Assembly: GCF_009914755.1 (NCBI RefSeq)
Contig: NC_060925.1
Direction: 5' to 3' (one strand)
Source: the human T2T-CHM13v2.0 reference genome, Homo sapiens
DNA: 64,000 nucleotides
Each line of letters opens with the position of its first letter. The first letter of the stretch is position 1. The translations under genes were made by a program, and so were the position numbers. The notes below the pieces were generated by a model. It worked only from the letters and a program-made list of their open reading frames with translations, ran no database searches and had not been told where the DNA came from. This document shows positions 35,540 to 49,267 of this stretch, piece after piece.

Positions 35540-36545
35540 GAAAATGAAAAGATAAGCCACTAAATGAGAGAAAATACTTGCAACTCCTGTATCTGTTAAA
35601 CAACTTATATTCAGAATATATAAAGAACTCTTACAACTCAACAATAAAAAGACATATGACCCAATTAACAACTGGGCAAAGGATATATATAGATAATTCT
35701 CCGTAACTGACAAATGGCCAAATGCACACAAACATGGCCAAATACACACAAAAACATGCTCAACTCCATTAGCCATCAGGGAAACGCAAATCAAAACCAC
35801 AATGAGATACCACTTTACACCCAATAGGATGGCCTATAATCAAAAAGACAAATAATGACAGGTGTTGGCAAGGATGCAGAAAAACTGAAATCCTCATACA
35901 TTGTTGGCAGGAACATAAAATGGTGTAACCACTTTGGAAAACATTTTGGCAGCTCCTCCAAATGTTAAACATGGAGTTACCTCATATAACCCAGCAACTA
36001 TACCCCAAGGTATATACTCAAGAGAAATTACAACATAACATCTATATAAAAACATCCATGAACGGTCACAGCAACATCATTCAGAGCCAGAAATTTTATC
36101 CAACCTTTTGGCTATTCATTATCCAAAGGCCAAAAAGTTGAAACAACCCAAATGTCCATGGTACATGGAATATTACTCAATAATTTTAAAAATGAAGTGC
36201 TAATACATGGTTACAACACAGACGAACCCTGAAAACATTATGCTGAAACAAATCACACACAAAAAATACATTAGTCCATTTACGTAAAAAGTTCAAAATA
36301 GGCAGATATATAGAGGCAGAAAATAGACTTGGACTTGCCTAGGGCAGGGAGAACTGGGGGAAAATGGGGAGTCATGGGGAGTCAAACAGGTTCCTTTGGG
36401 GAGTGACAAAAATATTCTAAAATTATGGTAGTAGTTGTACAATTCTCAACTGGTTTTGAATATACCCAAAACCACTGAATTATACACTCTAAATGGGTGA
36501 CTCATACGGTATGTGGATTACATCTCAATAAAGCTGTTTTTTAAA
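35540..36545 (+). mobile_element. L1M (L1MB-like) ORF2 3' end and 3'UTR
   Basis: caaatcaaaaccacaatgagataccac, aaaatggtgtaaccactttggaaaaca, and a terminal ctcaataaagctgtt. Confidence 0.88.
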
Positions 36546-36834
36546 AAAGTAATGGTTTCACACAGCTGAAGTCTAACTTCCTCTTATTTATTCAAAATGC
36601 TCTAGAATCTGGATCCATTATCTTGAATATTCTACCATGAGAATCCTCCATTCCAAGCACACAGATCCAAATCCTTAGAACACAGCATACACTACACTTG
36701 CTTCAGGCCCAAATCTTTGTTCATATTGATCACCCACTCATCATAATCCACCCACCTCTGCCTATCTAAACCCTGACTATAGTCTTAAACTCTTTTTTTT
36801 CCTTTTAAAAATTCATACTTCCATGCCAGGCTCA

Positions 36835-36933
<99 letters not shown>

Positions 36934-37439
36934 CTAAAAAAAAAAAAAAATTAAAAAATTAGCCAGGCATAGCGGAGTGTGTCTGTGGTCCCAGTTACAC
37001 AAGAGGCTGAGGCAGGAGGACTGCTTGAGCCCAGCAGGTCAAGGCTACTGTGAGCCATAATTATGCCACTACACTCCAGCCTGAAAGACACAGCCAGACC
37101 CCATCTCGAAAAAATGAATAAGCTGGGCGCAGTGGCTCACGCCTGTAATCCCAACACTTTTAGAGGCTGAGAGGGGCAGATCACTTAAGGTCAGGAGTCC
37201 GAGGCCAGCCTGGCCTATTATGGTGAAACCCCATCTCTACTAAAAATACAAAAATTGCCCCAATGTGGTGGCGTGCACCTGTAATCCCCAGCTACTCGGG
37301 AGGCTGAGGCATGAGAATTGCTTGAACCTGGGAGGCAGAAGTTGCAGTGAGCTGAGATGGAGATCGCACCACTGTACTCCAGCTTGGGTGACAGAGCAAG
37401 ACTGTCTCAAAAAAATAAATAAATAAAATAAATAAATGA

Positions 37440-37718
<279 letters not shown>

Positions 37719-38329
37719 TGAAGTGCTGGGATTACAGGCCATGAGTCACTGCACCTGGCCAAGTTCTCCAACCAAGTTCTATTTCTTACATACTAATTAC
37801 TAGGACCTAGAAAAAAGGTCAGGAATCATCTCATTTAACCTTCAAGGTTCAGTCCTTTCCATTCTCAATGTAAAAATAGTATTCTGGTTTAAAACTGGCT
37901 GTGTTCATTTTCTATTCCCACTTAATTTTCTCTCCTTATTCCAAAATTATGTTTGTTCCCACACTTCAATCCTCTTTCCCTCATCCCGCATGAATCCCTG
38001 TGGTCTTTTCCTCCTTCCTTCAATCACTCCTCATGATACTAACACTTCCTGAAAACCAACTAAATGCCAGACGCGATGGCTCACGCCTGTAATCCCAGCA
38101 CTTTGGGAAGCTGAGGCAGATGGATCACCTGAGATGAAGAGTTCGAGACCAGCCTGGCCAATATATAAATACACTAGGTGCAGTGGCTCACGTCTGTAAT
38201 CCCAGTACTTTGGAAGGCCAAGGTCAGGAGTTCAAGACCAGCCAGGCCAATATGGTGAAACCCTGCCTCAACTAAAAATACAAAAATTAGCCAGGCGTGG
38301 TGCCGGGTGCCTGTAATCCCAGCTACTCA

Positions 38330-38431
<102 letters not shown>

Positions 38432-39278
38432 TCACAAAGAAAAAAAAAATTAGGACTCTGGCTCCCAGCCTTTTTTAAAAACTTAGTATACTTGAACATA
38501 TAAAGATGAACTTAAAGAGATAATAAAGAAATGTAAATAATTGTATGGGAAAAAAACTTGTGATGTTACACTGAGTTTTAATCTTGCAAATAATGCAAAA
38601 CATTACAGGAACAATAACTCAAAAGATGTTTGACTTACTGATAAAGGTTTGAACATTCCCCTTTGTAATGTGCAGTCATAACTTCTAAGCTAAAAGCCAA
38701 AGGTGAAAAAATATTCCCAAGAAAAGCATTCCAAATAAACAAAAAGTTCACTTATATTTCAAGTAGATACAGAATAAAACTATTCAAGAAGTATCTCTTG
38801 GCTGGGTGTGGTGGCTCACACCTGTAATCCCAACACTTTGGGAGGCTGAGGTGGGCAGATCACTTGAGGTCAGGAGTTTGAGACCAGCCTGGCCAACATG
38901 GTGAAACCCCGTCTCTACTAAAAATACAAAAAATTAGCCGGTCGTGGTGGAGGGCACCTGTAATCCCAGCTACTCAGGAGGCTGAGGCAGGAGAATTGCT
39001 TGACCCGGGAGGCCAAGGTTGCAGTGAGCTGAGATCGTGCCACTGCACTCCAGCCTGGGTGACAGAGCGAGGCTCCGTCTCAATTTTTTAAAAAAAAAAA
39101 GTATCTCTTTTTATTTTTGGGGGACAGTCTTGCCCTTTCACCCAGGCTGGTGTGCAATCACACAATCAGGTCTCACTACAGCCTTGACCTCCCGGGCTCA
39201 AGCAATCCTCCGGCCTCAGCCTCCTGAGTAGCAGGGACTACAGGCATGCACTGCCACTCCTGGCAAACTATTTTTTAA

Positions 39279-39431
<153 letters not shown>

Positions 39432-39839
39432 TAGGTAGCAAATTAAGCAAGATACAAAACTAGGTACATAATCTGACTTTATGTTACAAAAATGTATGAC
39501 CACTAATATTAAAATCCACAGAAAAAAAAAAATCAGGACAGAAATACACCAAAATGTTAAAAGTGGTTATCACAGCTACACACTGGGACACATGCCTGTA
39601 ATCCCAGAACTTTGGGAGGCCAAGGTGAGCAGGTGGCTTGAGCCCAAGAGTTCGAGACCAGCCTGGGTAACATGGCAAAACCCCATCTCTACAAAAAAAT
39701 TAGCTAGGTGTGGTGGCACACACCTGTGGTCCGAGCTCCTTGGGAGGCTGAGGTGGGAGGATTGCTTGAGCCCAGGAGGTCAAGGCTGTAGTGAGCCATG
39801 ACCATGCCCTGGGAGGTAGAGTAAGACCCCACCTCTTTA

Positions 39840-40199
<360 letters not shown>

Positions 40200-41027
40200 T
40201 TACTTTTCTATATTTTTCCAAATTTCTCATTTAATTATGTCTTGCTCTTATAATCATAAGTTTTTAATAATAATATTTGACTACAGATGTTGTTCCTCTT
40301 TGGCCTTCATACCAACCCTAATCCTCAGTATCAATATGTACTTCAAATACAACTCAGGCACTTCAGATGGCTTTGTAAACTGGGTCAATGCTATTCCATC
40401 TGAAAGGAAATTACAGAATTATTTTCAATTCAATTATACATCCCTGCAAAATAATTTGAGGGCAGCTTTGAATGCTGTAAGTGAGTTGTGATGCCATCTA
40501 TATTAATCCTAAAACTTATCTTCAAATTGATTCCCAAAGTCCAACACACTTTTTATTTAATAAATATTTACAGGCCAGGCACGGTGGCTCAAGCCTGTAA
40601 TCCCAGCACTTTGGGAGGCCAAGGCAGGCGGATCACAAGATCAGGAGATTGAGAACATCTTGACCAACATGGTGAAACCCCGCCTCTACTAAAAATACAA
40701 AAATTAGCCAGGCGTGGTGGTGCACGCCTGTAGTCCCAGCTACTCTAGAGGCTGAGGCAGGAGAATCACTTGAATCCGGGAGGCGGAGGTTGAAGTGAAC
40801 TGAGATTGTGCCACTAGCACTCCAGCCAGGGCGACAAGAGTGAAACTCCATCTCAAAAATAAATAAATAAATAAATAAACAAACAAACAAACAAACAAAT
40901 AAATTTACAGACTGCCTACTGTCTGTCAAGCAGTATTCTAGGTGCTAGCAATTCCACAGTGAACAAAATAAACAAAAATCTCTGCCTTCATGGAGTTTAC
41001 ATTCTATTAACAAAATTCAATGTCTTA

Positions 41028-41243
<216 letters not shown>

Positions 41244-41246
41244 TCA

Positions 41247-41384
<138 letters not shown>

Positions 41385-43249
41385 TCATGGTAGAGCATAG
41401 TAGCTAACACCCGTAATCCCAGCACTTGGGGAGGTCAAGGTGGATGGATCATTTGAAGTCAGGAGTTCAAGAGCAGCCTGGCCAACATGGCAAAATCCAT
41501 CTCTACTAAAAATACAAAAATTAGCTAGGTGTGGTGGTACACACCTGTAATCCCAGCTACTTGGGAGGCTGAGGCATGAGAATCACTTGAACCCAGGAAG
41601 CAGAGGTTGCAGTGAGCCAAGATCACACTCCAGCCTGGGTGACAGAGCAAGTCCCTGTCTAAAAAAATAAATTAAAAAAAAAAAAGTCGTAAAAACCAAC
41701 AAATTTCAAATGCACTTAAAATAGTTTAACTTTCTCAAATTTCAGCTGAGCTACAGGAGATTGAAAAATTCCTTTGGTTGGCAGCAAGCCAAAGAACTGG
41801 AAGCCATTTGAGAATTCAGAAGTCGCTTGGGATCCTGCAATATCTCATCCGTGTAAGTCTCAGCTGCAGTTTATCCATTGCTTAAAGTCATATGCGTGGC
41901 TAATAATCAGGAACTAGTTACTTTCCTATTATATTAGCTCAAAGTATTATTCCTTAGGTAAAAATAGATTGTGTCTCACCACAGCACCACGGGAGTTTAT
42001 TCCAGAACTTACTTTCCCTCATATCTCATAATGAACTAACTGTATCATCACCCAGAACAAGCCAGCAAATGACCATGGCAACCTTATTTTATGGTCTCCC
42101 ACTATCTCACAACTAACTATACAGTCTTCACCACTGAAGTTAGAGAGGTGCTTCTGTCTCTGTGGCTGAATCTAACATTAACAAGCCAAAAACCAGAAGT
42201 AGCTTATATGAGCAAACTGCTGCTTTGCCTCTGCCTCTGCCCCATGTTAGTATCTTCTAATATCAATAAGCCACCACAGAACATGTCACTTACCATCAGA
42301 CAAAGAAAACATTAACTGGTTTCTGTAAATCCCTCCTCTCCACTTGCAAGAATAACACAAATCTCAAAAGACAATCATAAGCAATTATAATTCAAGAAGG
42401 TCACTGAATAAATGAGTCTAGACCCTACATTTCAGAGAAGGGATAACCAATGCCTGAAGCAGTTGCATGGTTAGTCTAAGATAAGATATCTACTACAATG
42501 AAAGAGCCAAACTCAAAACCAGATTTTTTGCCTCCAAATCAGGTACACTTCTCAATACACCAAGGTAAATCTACTTCTATTTTAAGACTAGCAAGTACTG
42601 TTTCTAAGCCAAAGTCTAGTATTAAAAGGGCAAGGATATTACGAGATGCACTGGGAAGGAGACCAGGAAAAGACCCACCACAGATCAGATCAGGTATGTA
42701 TCTCCTTCTCATACACTAATTCCTTAGATTATGATACAGAAAATACTTTGAATTTTTAGCTTGTGTTTGACTGTCACTTTCTCTGGTACCTCCTCTAGCA
42801 AAAAAAAAAAAAAAAAAGCCTGAAACGTGACTGAAATCCATTTATTAAAATTCTATGGAGCAGCAATGGAATTGGAAAAAGCAGGCCGGCAGAAGAGAAA
42901 GCTATGTAAACCTGGGTTAATTCTTACTCATTCTTCTAATTTAGCTGAGATGTCAACTTCTTTTAGAAAGCCTTAATTCCTCCTTCCCCAGACTACTCTC
43001 ACAGCAGAGTTATCAGTTATCACTGTACTTGCCTCATGACGTTTTGTTTACCCACCTCTACCCAAAAGGACCAAGTTCTTTGAGGGCAAAGATTTCTACC
43101 TTAGCTCTTCAATCCTACATCTAGCACTGAGTGTAGCAGCACACAGTGGATGCTGAATTAATGAATTCATAAACTTGCCACATCTATTGAAGCCTCAATA
43201 TAAATGGCAAAATGTGGCAATCCTATTTATTTATTTATTTATTTATTGA

Positions 43250-43432
<183 letters not shown>

Positions 43433-43616
43433 TAGCCAGGATGGTCTCGATCTCCTGATCTCATGATCTGCCCACCTCGGCCTCCCAAAGTGCTGGGATT
43501 ACAGGAATCCTCTCCATTGACTTAAGATGTGGTTCTCGGCCGGGTGCAGTGGCTCACGCCTGTAATCCCAGCACTTTGGGAGGTAGAAGCAGGCGGATCA
43601 CAAGGTCAGGAGATCA

Positions 43617-43778
<162 letters not shown>

Positions 43779-43816
43779 CTATACTCCAGCCTGGCAACAG
43801 AGCGAGACTCAATCTC

Positions 43817-43847
<31 letters not shown>

Positions 43848-44211
43848 CGTGGGTTCCAAACATTTTCTAAAAGACCTTTGATTTTGTTTTTTTTGAGGTG
43901 GAGTCTCACTCTGTAACCCAGGCTGGAGCGCAGTGGTGCAGTCTCGGCTCATTGCAACTTCTGCCTCGTGGGTTCAAGCGATTCTCCTGCCTTGGCCTCC
44001 TGAGTAGCTGAAATTACAGGCAGGTGCCACCACGCCCGGCTAATTTTTGTACTTTTAGTAGAGACCAGGTTTCACCAGATCAGGGCCAGGTGCGGTGGCT
44101 CAATGCCTGTAATCCCAGCACTTTGGGAGGCTGAGGCAGGCGGATCACCTGAAGCCAGGAGTTCGAGACCAGCCTGGTCAACATGGTGAAACCCAGTCTG
44201 ATCACGCCTTA

Positions 44212-44403
<192 letters not shown>

Positions 44404-46854
44404 TCAATGCAAACACAACTATACCCACATACTTTGAGGGTCTGGAGATCTATTCAAGCCATGAACAGTGCTAACTCCAGCTATGCACTCCTGCCAAGAT
44501 GCTTAAATGTTATCCACTTATTGAACAATGACCACTTGCGTCAAATACAAATTCCCATACTCCCTCAGGGTAGAAAAGTAGAACTGCTCTATTTCAATCC
44601 TTTTTTAATCAATACCCCATTACCAGTTGATAACACTTCACCACTGGTATGTCTGATGAAATCTACAACCTATACTTCCTTTACTGTTTATATAATAAAA
44701 TTTTCTATTTTAGCAATTGTAACCTTTCAGTGTGTAAAAGCAAAGAGAAAACAATAAGAGCTGTGAAACACATCAAGAGGAAGATTAATTTTAGCTTCAA
44801 TGGCATGAGGCAAAGTAAAAACTTAAAGCCACACAAAAGTAAGTGTTCCATATGACTAAAATTGGTTTAAAATTATCTACACTGGAACTTACACTTAAAT
44901 TTATCTCTTTAACAAGTGCTTTTTATTCAAAAGAAAATTAAGTTTCAGCTTTTGTAACTACTTGAATGTTGCAACCAACTCAGAGCTTTTATAAGTCCTT
45001 CTATGAAATGCACTGAGAAAAAGCATACTTGAAACACAGCTGTATCCCAAAAAGCCACCCAATTCACCAAACAGTGTCACATTCAGCACTGTGGTCCTTA
45101 CTACTCTGTACATCAAGGACACCTACTACAGGTTTCCTTTTATTTCTGTTCAATTGCCAAAACAGCTCAAAGATGCAGGTAATGAGTAATTTACGTGGTA
45201 GCACAATTCAGAAACTTAAAAGTCCTAACCGAGTATAGGCAATCAAGGTAAAAAATGAAATTAGAAAGGAATTTAAACTCACAAAGTAGTAAGCAAAGAC
45301 AGGTTTAAAAGATTCAACACTGAACTCTGCCTTTAAGTAGGCAAACCAGCCAATCTTCCCCCACCCCAGAGACACTGAACAAAACCAACCAGGTTTTCCA
45401 TAAGCAACGCTAAGTTATCACCACACTTTCTCATCGGTGAACAATTCCTAATTGAACAGAATCATGCAGGATAAAAACATTATGAAATCAGTACACACGT
45501 CACACTGGAATGGAATTTATCTTTACACTGCACCGCGGTGCCTGGATTGAAAATCACGAACTAGGTTTAAAGAACAGAGAAAATGACACTTGGCAGAAAA
45601 CAAACAATGACCTGAAATGACTCTAGAAGGGAGATTGCTTTCCCTTCTCAAAGTAATCTATACAGACAAGAATCAAACTACAGACTGTGAAATAATCTGG
45701 GGACCTCACAGCAGTTAGCTTCTTACTTGCTCAAACATCCTACAATCTCTAAAAGTCAAACGCACGATGACACAAACATAAAAACACAACACATCTAACA
45801 TCCAATCATTATTTATTGATTTACACAAATACAGTGGGTGTAGGGAGGAGGTGATGCATGATGAAATGTTATTCTCAGGTACGCAATACCTTTCTAAATC
45901 TCCGTGGAATACATGAATTCAACGTTTTACCTTCACCGGCTAGTTTTTGACTAAAATACCCCATCACCAAGTCTTTTCAATCAAAGCTCTCCAAAATTCT
46001 ACAATCGAGCAAATAACATGAAATTAGAAACATTCAATACTAGACTTTCCTCCAGAAGCCCTGGTAACTCTCTAGACATCAGGCCTATGAGGAGTAAATT
46101 AAAGCCCATTAAAAATATTCAGCCTAACACAAATCTTCCAAGAAGTGAGACTTTTGTGGGTGATGGGTAATGTCGGTGAACTTCCTCTTCCTTTAAAAAG
46201 GTCAAAGACAGGGAAGCGTCCGGCGTCACATTTCCTCCTCAGATCTCTACCACAAACCACATCACAACTCTCCCATTACTAAAAAAAATTATCCAGAGGA
46301 ACTGCTTTCTGTACATTTTCACCTTAGACTGAAAATCCAACATACCTCGGAAACGAGCTGATTGGTTTCAAACAAGAAATTTACCGATAAAGTTTATTAT
46401 GTACTAATAATAATTATGGAAGCCCACTGTGTCCCGCTGTAGGGGGAGCCGAGGGGAGGTGAAGAGCAGGAGGGTGTAATCCTCACAACAACCAGAGAAA
46501 AGCCTTCCCTGCAGGGTTGGTCCCAGGCACCAAGCAAATTCTGCCCAATAAAGGGGGGGAGGGTACCTTAGGGGAGGAGGGGAGAAGGGACCCCAAGCTC
46601 TAAAAGGAAGGGGCTGCAGAAGCATGGCCAAGTGGGGCTAGCTTTCACAGTATTGCAGAGGGTCTGGGGGTCCCCCCGCAGTGCTGCTGCCGGGGCACCC
46701 CAAAAGCTCCGCCCAAGCCCGATGCAGGGGCTTGAGCCGCTGTCCCTTTCCTGGCTGGGCTGTGGCGGCCGGCAGGAGGGTCCCCTGGGCTGCGGGGTCC
46801 CCCTGGACTGCGACGACGAGAACCGAAGGGCCGACAGGAAGGTGAAAAGGATAC

Positions 46855-46911
46855 TGTTGGGGCGCCTGAGTCTGGAGGGCCCTGATGTTCGGGTGAGGAG
46901 GGGGGACCGCT

Positions 46912-46952
<41 letters not shown>

Positions 46953-47044
46953 TGCTGCCGCCGCCGGGTGAGGAGGCGGTACCGCTGCTGCCGCCGCCGC
47001 CGCCGCTCCGGTGCCGGGTCCGGTTCCTGCTGCAGTCGCTGTGC
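46855..47044 (-). CDS. EIF4G3: EIF4G3 exon 2 (190 nt): GTATAAGTGPGTG-A8-VPPPHP-A19-VPPPHPNIRALQTQAPQ(Q); often annotated as 5'UTR, coding in N-terminally extended eIF4GII
   Basis: Acceptor AAATCAG|GCACAG at 47045/47044 and donor CCAACA|GTATCCTTTT at 46855/46854. The peptide PPPHPNIRALQTQAPQQ is recognised as the eIF4GII extended N-terminus. Confidence 0.88.
46908..46964 (-). repeat. GCG/GCA trinucleotide tract encoding 19 Ala, with a pure (GCC)13 core at 46912-46950
   Basis: Read directly from the sequence. A second 8-Ala tract lies at 46983-47006. Confidence 0.95.
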
Positions 47045-47407
47045 CTGATTTCAGAGCCGGTTTCTGCGGTAAACTCATGGCAAAGCGAAGCCACCAACCC
47101 CCCCAGAGCGGGACCGGGCGCGCCGGGGTGCAGGGGCCGGGGGCAGCGGGGGGGCGGGATGGGGGCAGACCCGGGGAGGCGGCGGGAGCGGGGGGCTGGG
47201 GGGAGCCTGGGGGGAGGAGGAGGAGGGGGCCGGGGCCGGTCACACACGCCCGACGCCGCCGCCGCCGCCGCCGCCGCCTCCGCCGCCGCCGCCGCCGGCA
47301 GCAGCAGCCGCCCCGCGGGCCAGCACCACCGGCTGCCGGTCTCCGTGACAACGCGACCCCAGGGGGGGGGCCGGACCCGGCGGGGGCAGGAGGCGGAGAG
47401 ACCGGAC
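47045..47407 (-). other. EIF4G3: EIF4G3 intron 1 (363 nt, GC-rich, GT-AG, weak sites)
   Basis: GTCCGG donor and TCAG acceptor with a poor pyrimidine tract. The length is divisible by 3 and stop-free (ORF 46638..47522 reads through it). Confidence 0.75.
47255..47296 (-). repeat. Intronic CGG repeat with one AGG interruption: plus strand (GCC)8 TCC (GCC)5
   Basis: Read directly from the sequence. Confidence 0.95.
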
Positions 47408-47522
47408 CTTTCACGGCAATATCCTCATGGGCCGGCGGCGGGGGATCTTTATCCCCCTCCCCGGAGGAAGCGGCGCCCTTCTCGGTAGCGGGGCTCAGGC
47501 GATGCCGGTGGATTTTCTTCAC
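47408..47522 (-). CDS. EIF4G3: EIF4G3 exon 1, putative non-AUG N-terminal extension frame ((V)KKIHRHRLSPATEKGAASSGEGDKDPPPPAHEDIAVK-G); exact start codon uncertain (GTG 47522, ATC 47513 or CTG 47498)
   Basis: The open frame is bounded upstream by an in-frame TGA (47525-47523) and ends at donor GTGAAAG|GTCCGG (intron starts 47407, phase 1). Spliced to exon 2 it reads AVK-G-TATAAG in frame, matching my recollection of the EIF4G3 mRNA 5' region. Exon 1 extends further 5' as UTR; the TSS cannot be fixed from sequence. Confidence 0.75.
47411..47428 (-). CDS. uORF2 MRILP* (out of frame, inside exon 1)
   Basis: CCC-ATG AGG ATA TTG CCG TGA; weak Kozak context. Confidence 0.4.
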   Translation of the reverse strand: MRILP

Positions 47523-47545
47523 TCAACGAGCAGAGCATCCAACAT
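47519..47545 (-). CDS. uORF1 MLDALLVE* in the EIF4G3 leader
   Basis: GCGCC-ATG-TTG GAT GCT CTG CTC GTT GAG TGA with G at -3. The stop overlaps the GTG that opens the main frame. Relevant only if the TSS is upstream of 47545. Confidence 0.55.
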   Translation of the reverse strand: MLDALLVE

Positions 47546-48446
47546 GGCGCTGTGGCCGCCTCCAGCAGTCCGGCAGGACGGCTGCTCGGAAAACTTCGGA
47601 CTTTTTCGGAATGGCTCGGGAAACCGAGGGTGGGAAGCCTCTTCGGCTCTTTCCGGAGACTGCTAGGGGTCGGGATTCTTCGGAGACGCTCGGGTGCGTC
47701 CTCGGCCGCCGTTCGGGAGGGCTCAGGGGCTAACTCGCTTCCTCGGCAAAGATCGGCGAGGGAGGCTTCGCTGGCTTACAGCGGCGCGGGTGCGGGGCGG
47801 AGGGAAAGACCAAAGGCGAGGTCTGGCTTGCGAGAGTCCTCCCCTGCGGCCCAGCCTCGAAGAACAATGGTAATGGCCCCGGAGTCGGCTGTTCGCTGAG
47901 CCCCGCTCGCAGGGGCGGAGAGGCAGCGGCGAGGCGAAAAACCCCTGGAGAAGGAACCGCTTAACCGGAATGGAACCCGTTGGATAGGGACCCCCCGCGG
48001 GGACTTCGCGTAACCAATGCCACCCGCCGGCCTGTAACCCACGCATTTCACACCCATTGTGTCGACACTTCCTCAGACGCTCTGAGAGGTGAATGAGGAG
48101 CCCCATTTCCAGAGGACACAGAGGAAAAGTGACTAGCCCAAGGTCACCCTATCGGGAAAGGACAGAGCCTAAATCTAAATGCCACCTTCATCTGGATGAA
48201 CCTTGCCGCCTCCCATATTGGCTGGGGACATGACCTGAGCCGCCATATCTAATCAGCAGCCTTAACTGAGCTCTGTGGATGGATTCAAACCTAGGCCTTC
48301 CCCAGGACTGGAGCGCCCTTTGACCAGCAGCCAGTGATCAGCTCCCCAATGTCCTATGCTGGGTGACATTTGTTGATAAGGATTTTCTTCCCAGCTAGAC
48401 CTGCCAAGATCACTCCCACCCCCAACCCCGCACACCCCACTCCTTA

Positions 48447-48812
<366 letters not shown>

Positions 48813-48829
48813 TCAAGTTTTAATATAAT

Positions 48830-49267
<438 letters not shown>

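Larger units (their letters stand above)
46650..48070. promoter_or_regulatory. EIF4G3: CpG island / EIF4G3 promoter
   Basis: Very high GC and CpG density against CpG-depleted flanks. GC boxes GGGGCGGAG at 47794 and 47912, CCAAT at 48014-48018, ETS-like CCGGAA at ~47965, YY1-like CAACATGGCG at 47540-47549. No obvious TATA box. Confidence 0.9.

Noticed and set aside
46638-47522. The 294-aa ORF as a single-exon gene
   Set aside because: It is exon 1 + intron 1 + exon 2 + intron 2 read-through of EIF4G3; the part after QQ is intronic.
46632-47899. Long plus-strand ORFs across the CpG island (138, 240, 109 and 115 aa)
   Set aside because: Low-complexity translations of GC-rich and CGG sequence where stops are rare; no recognisable domain.
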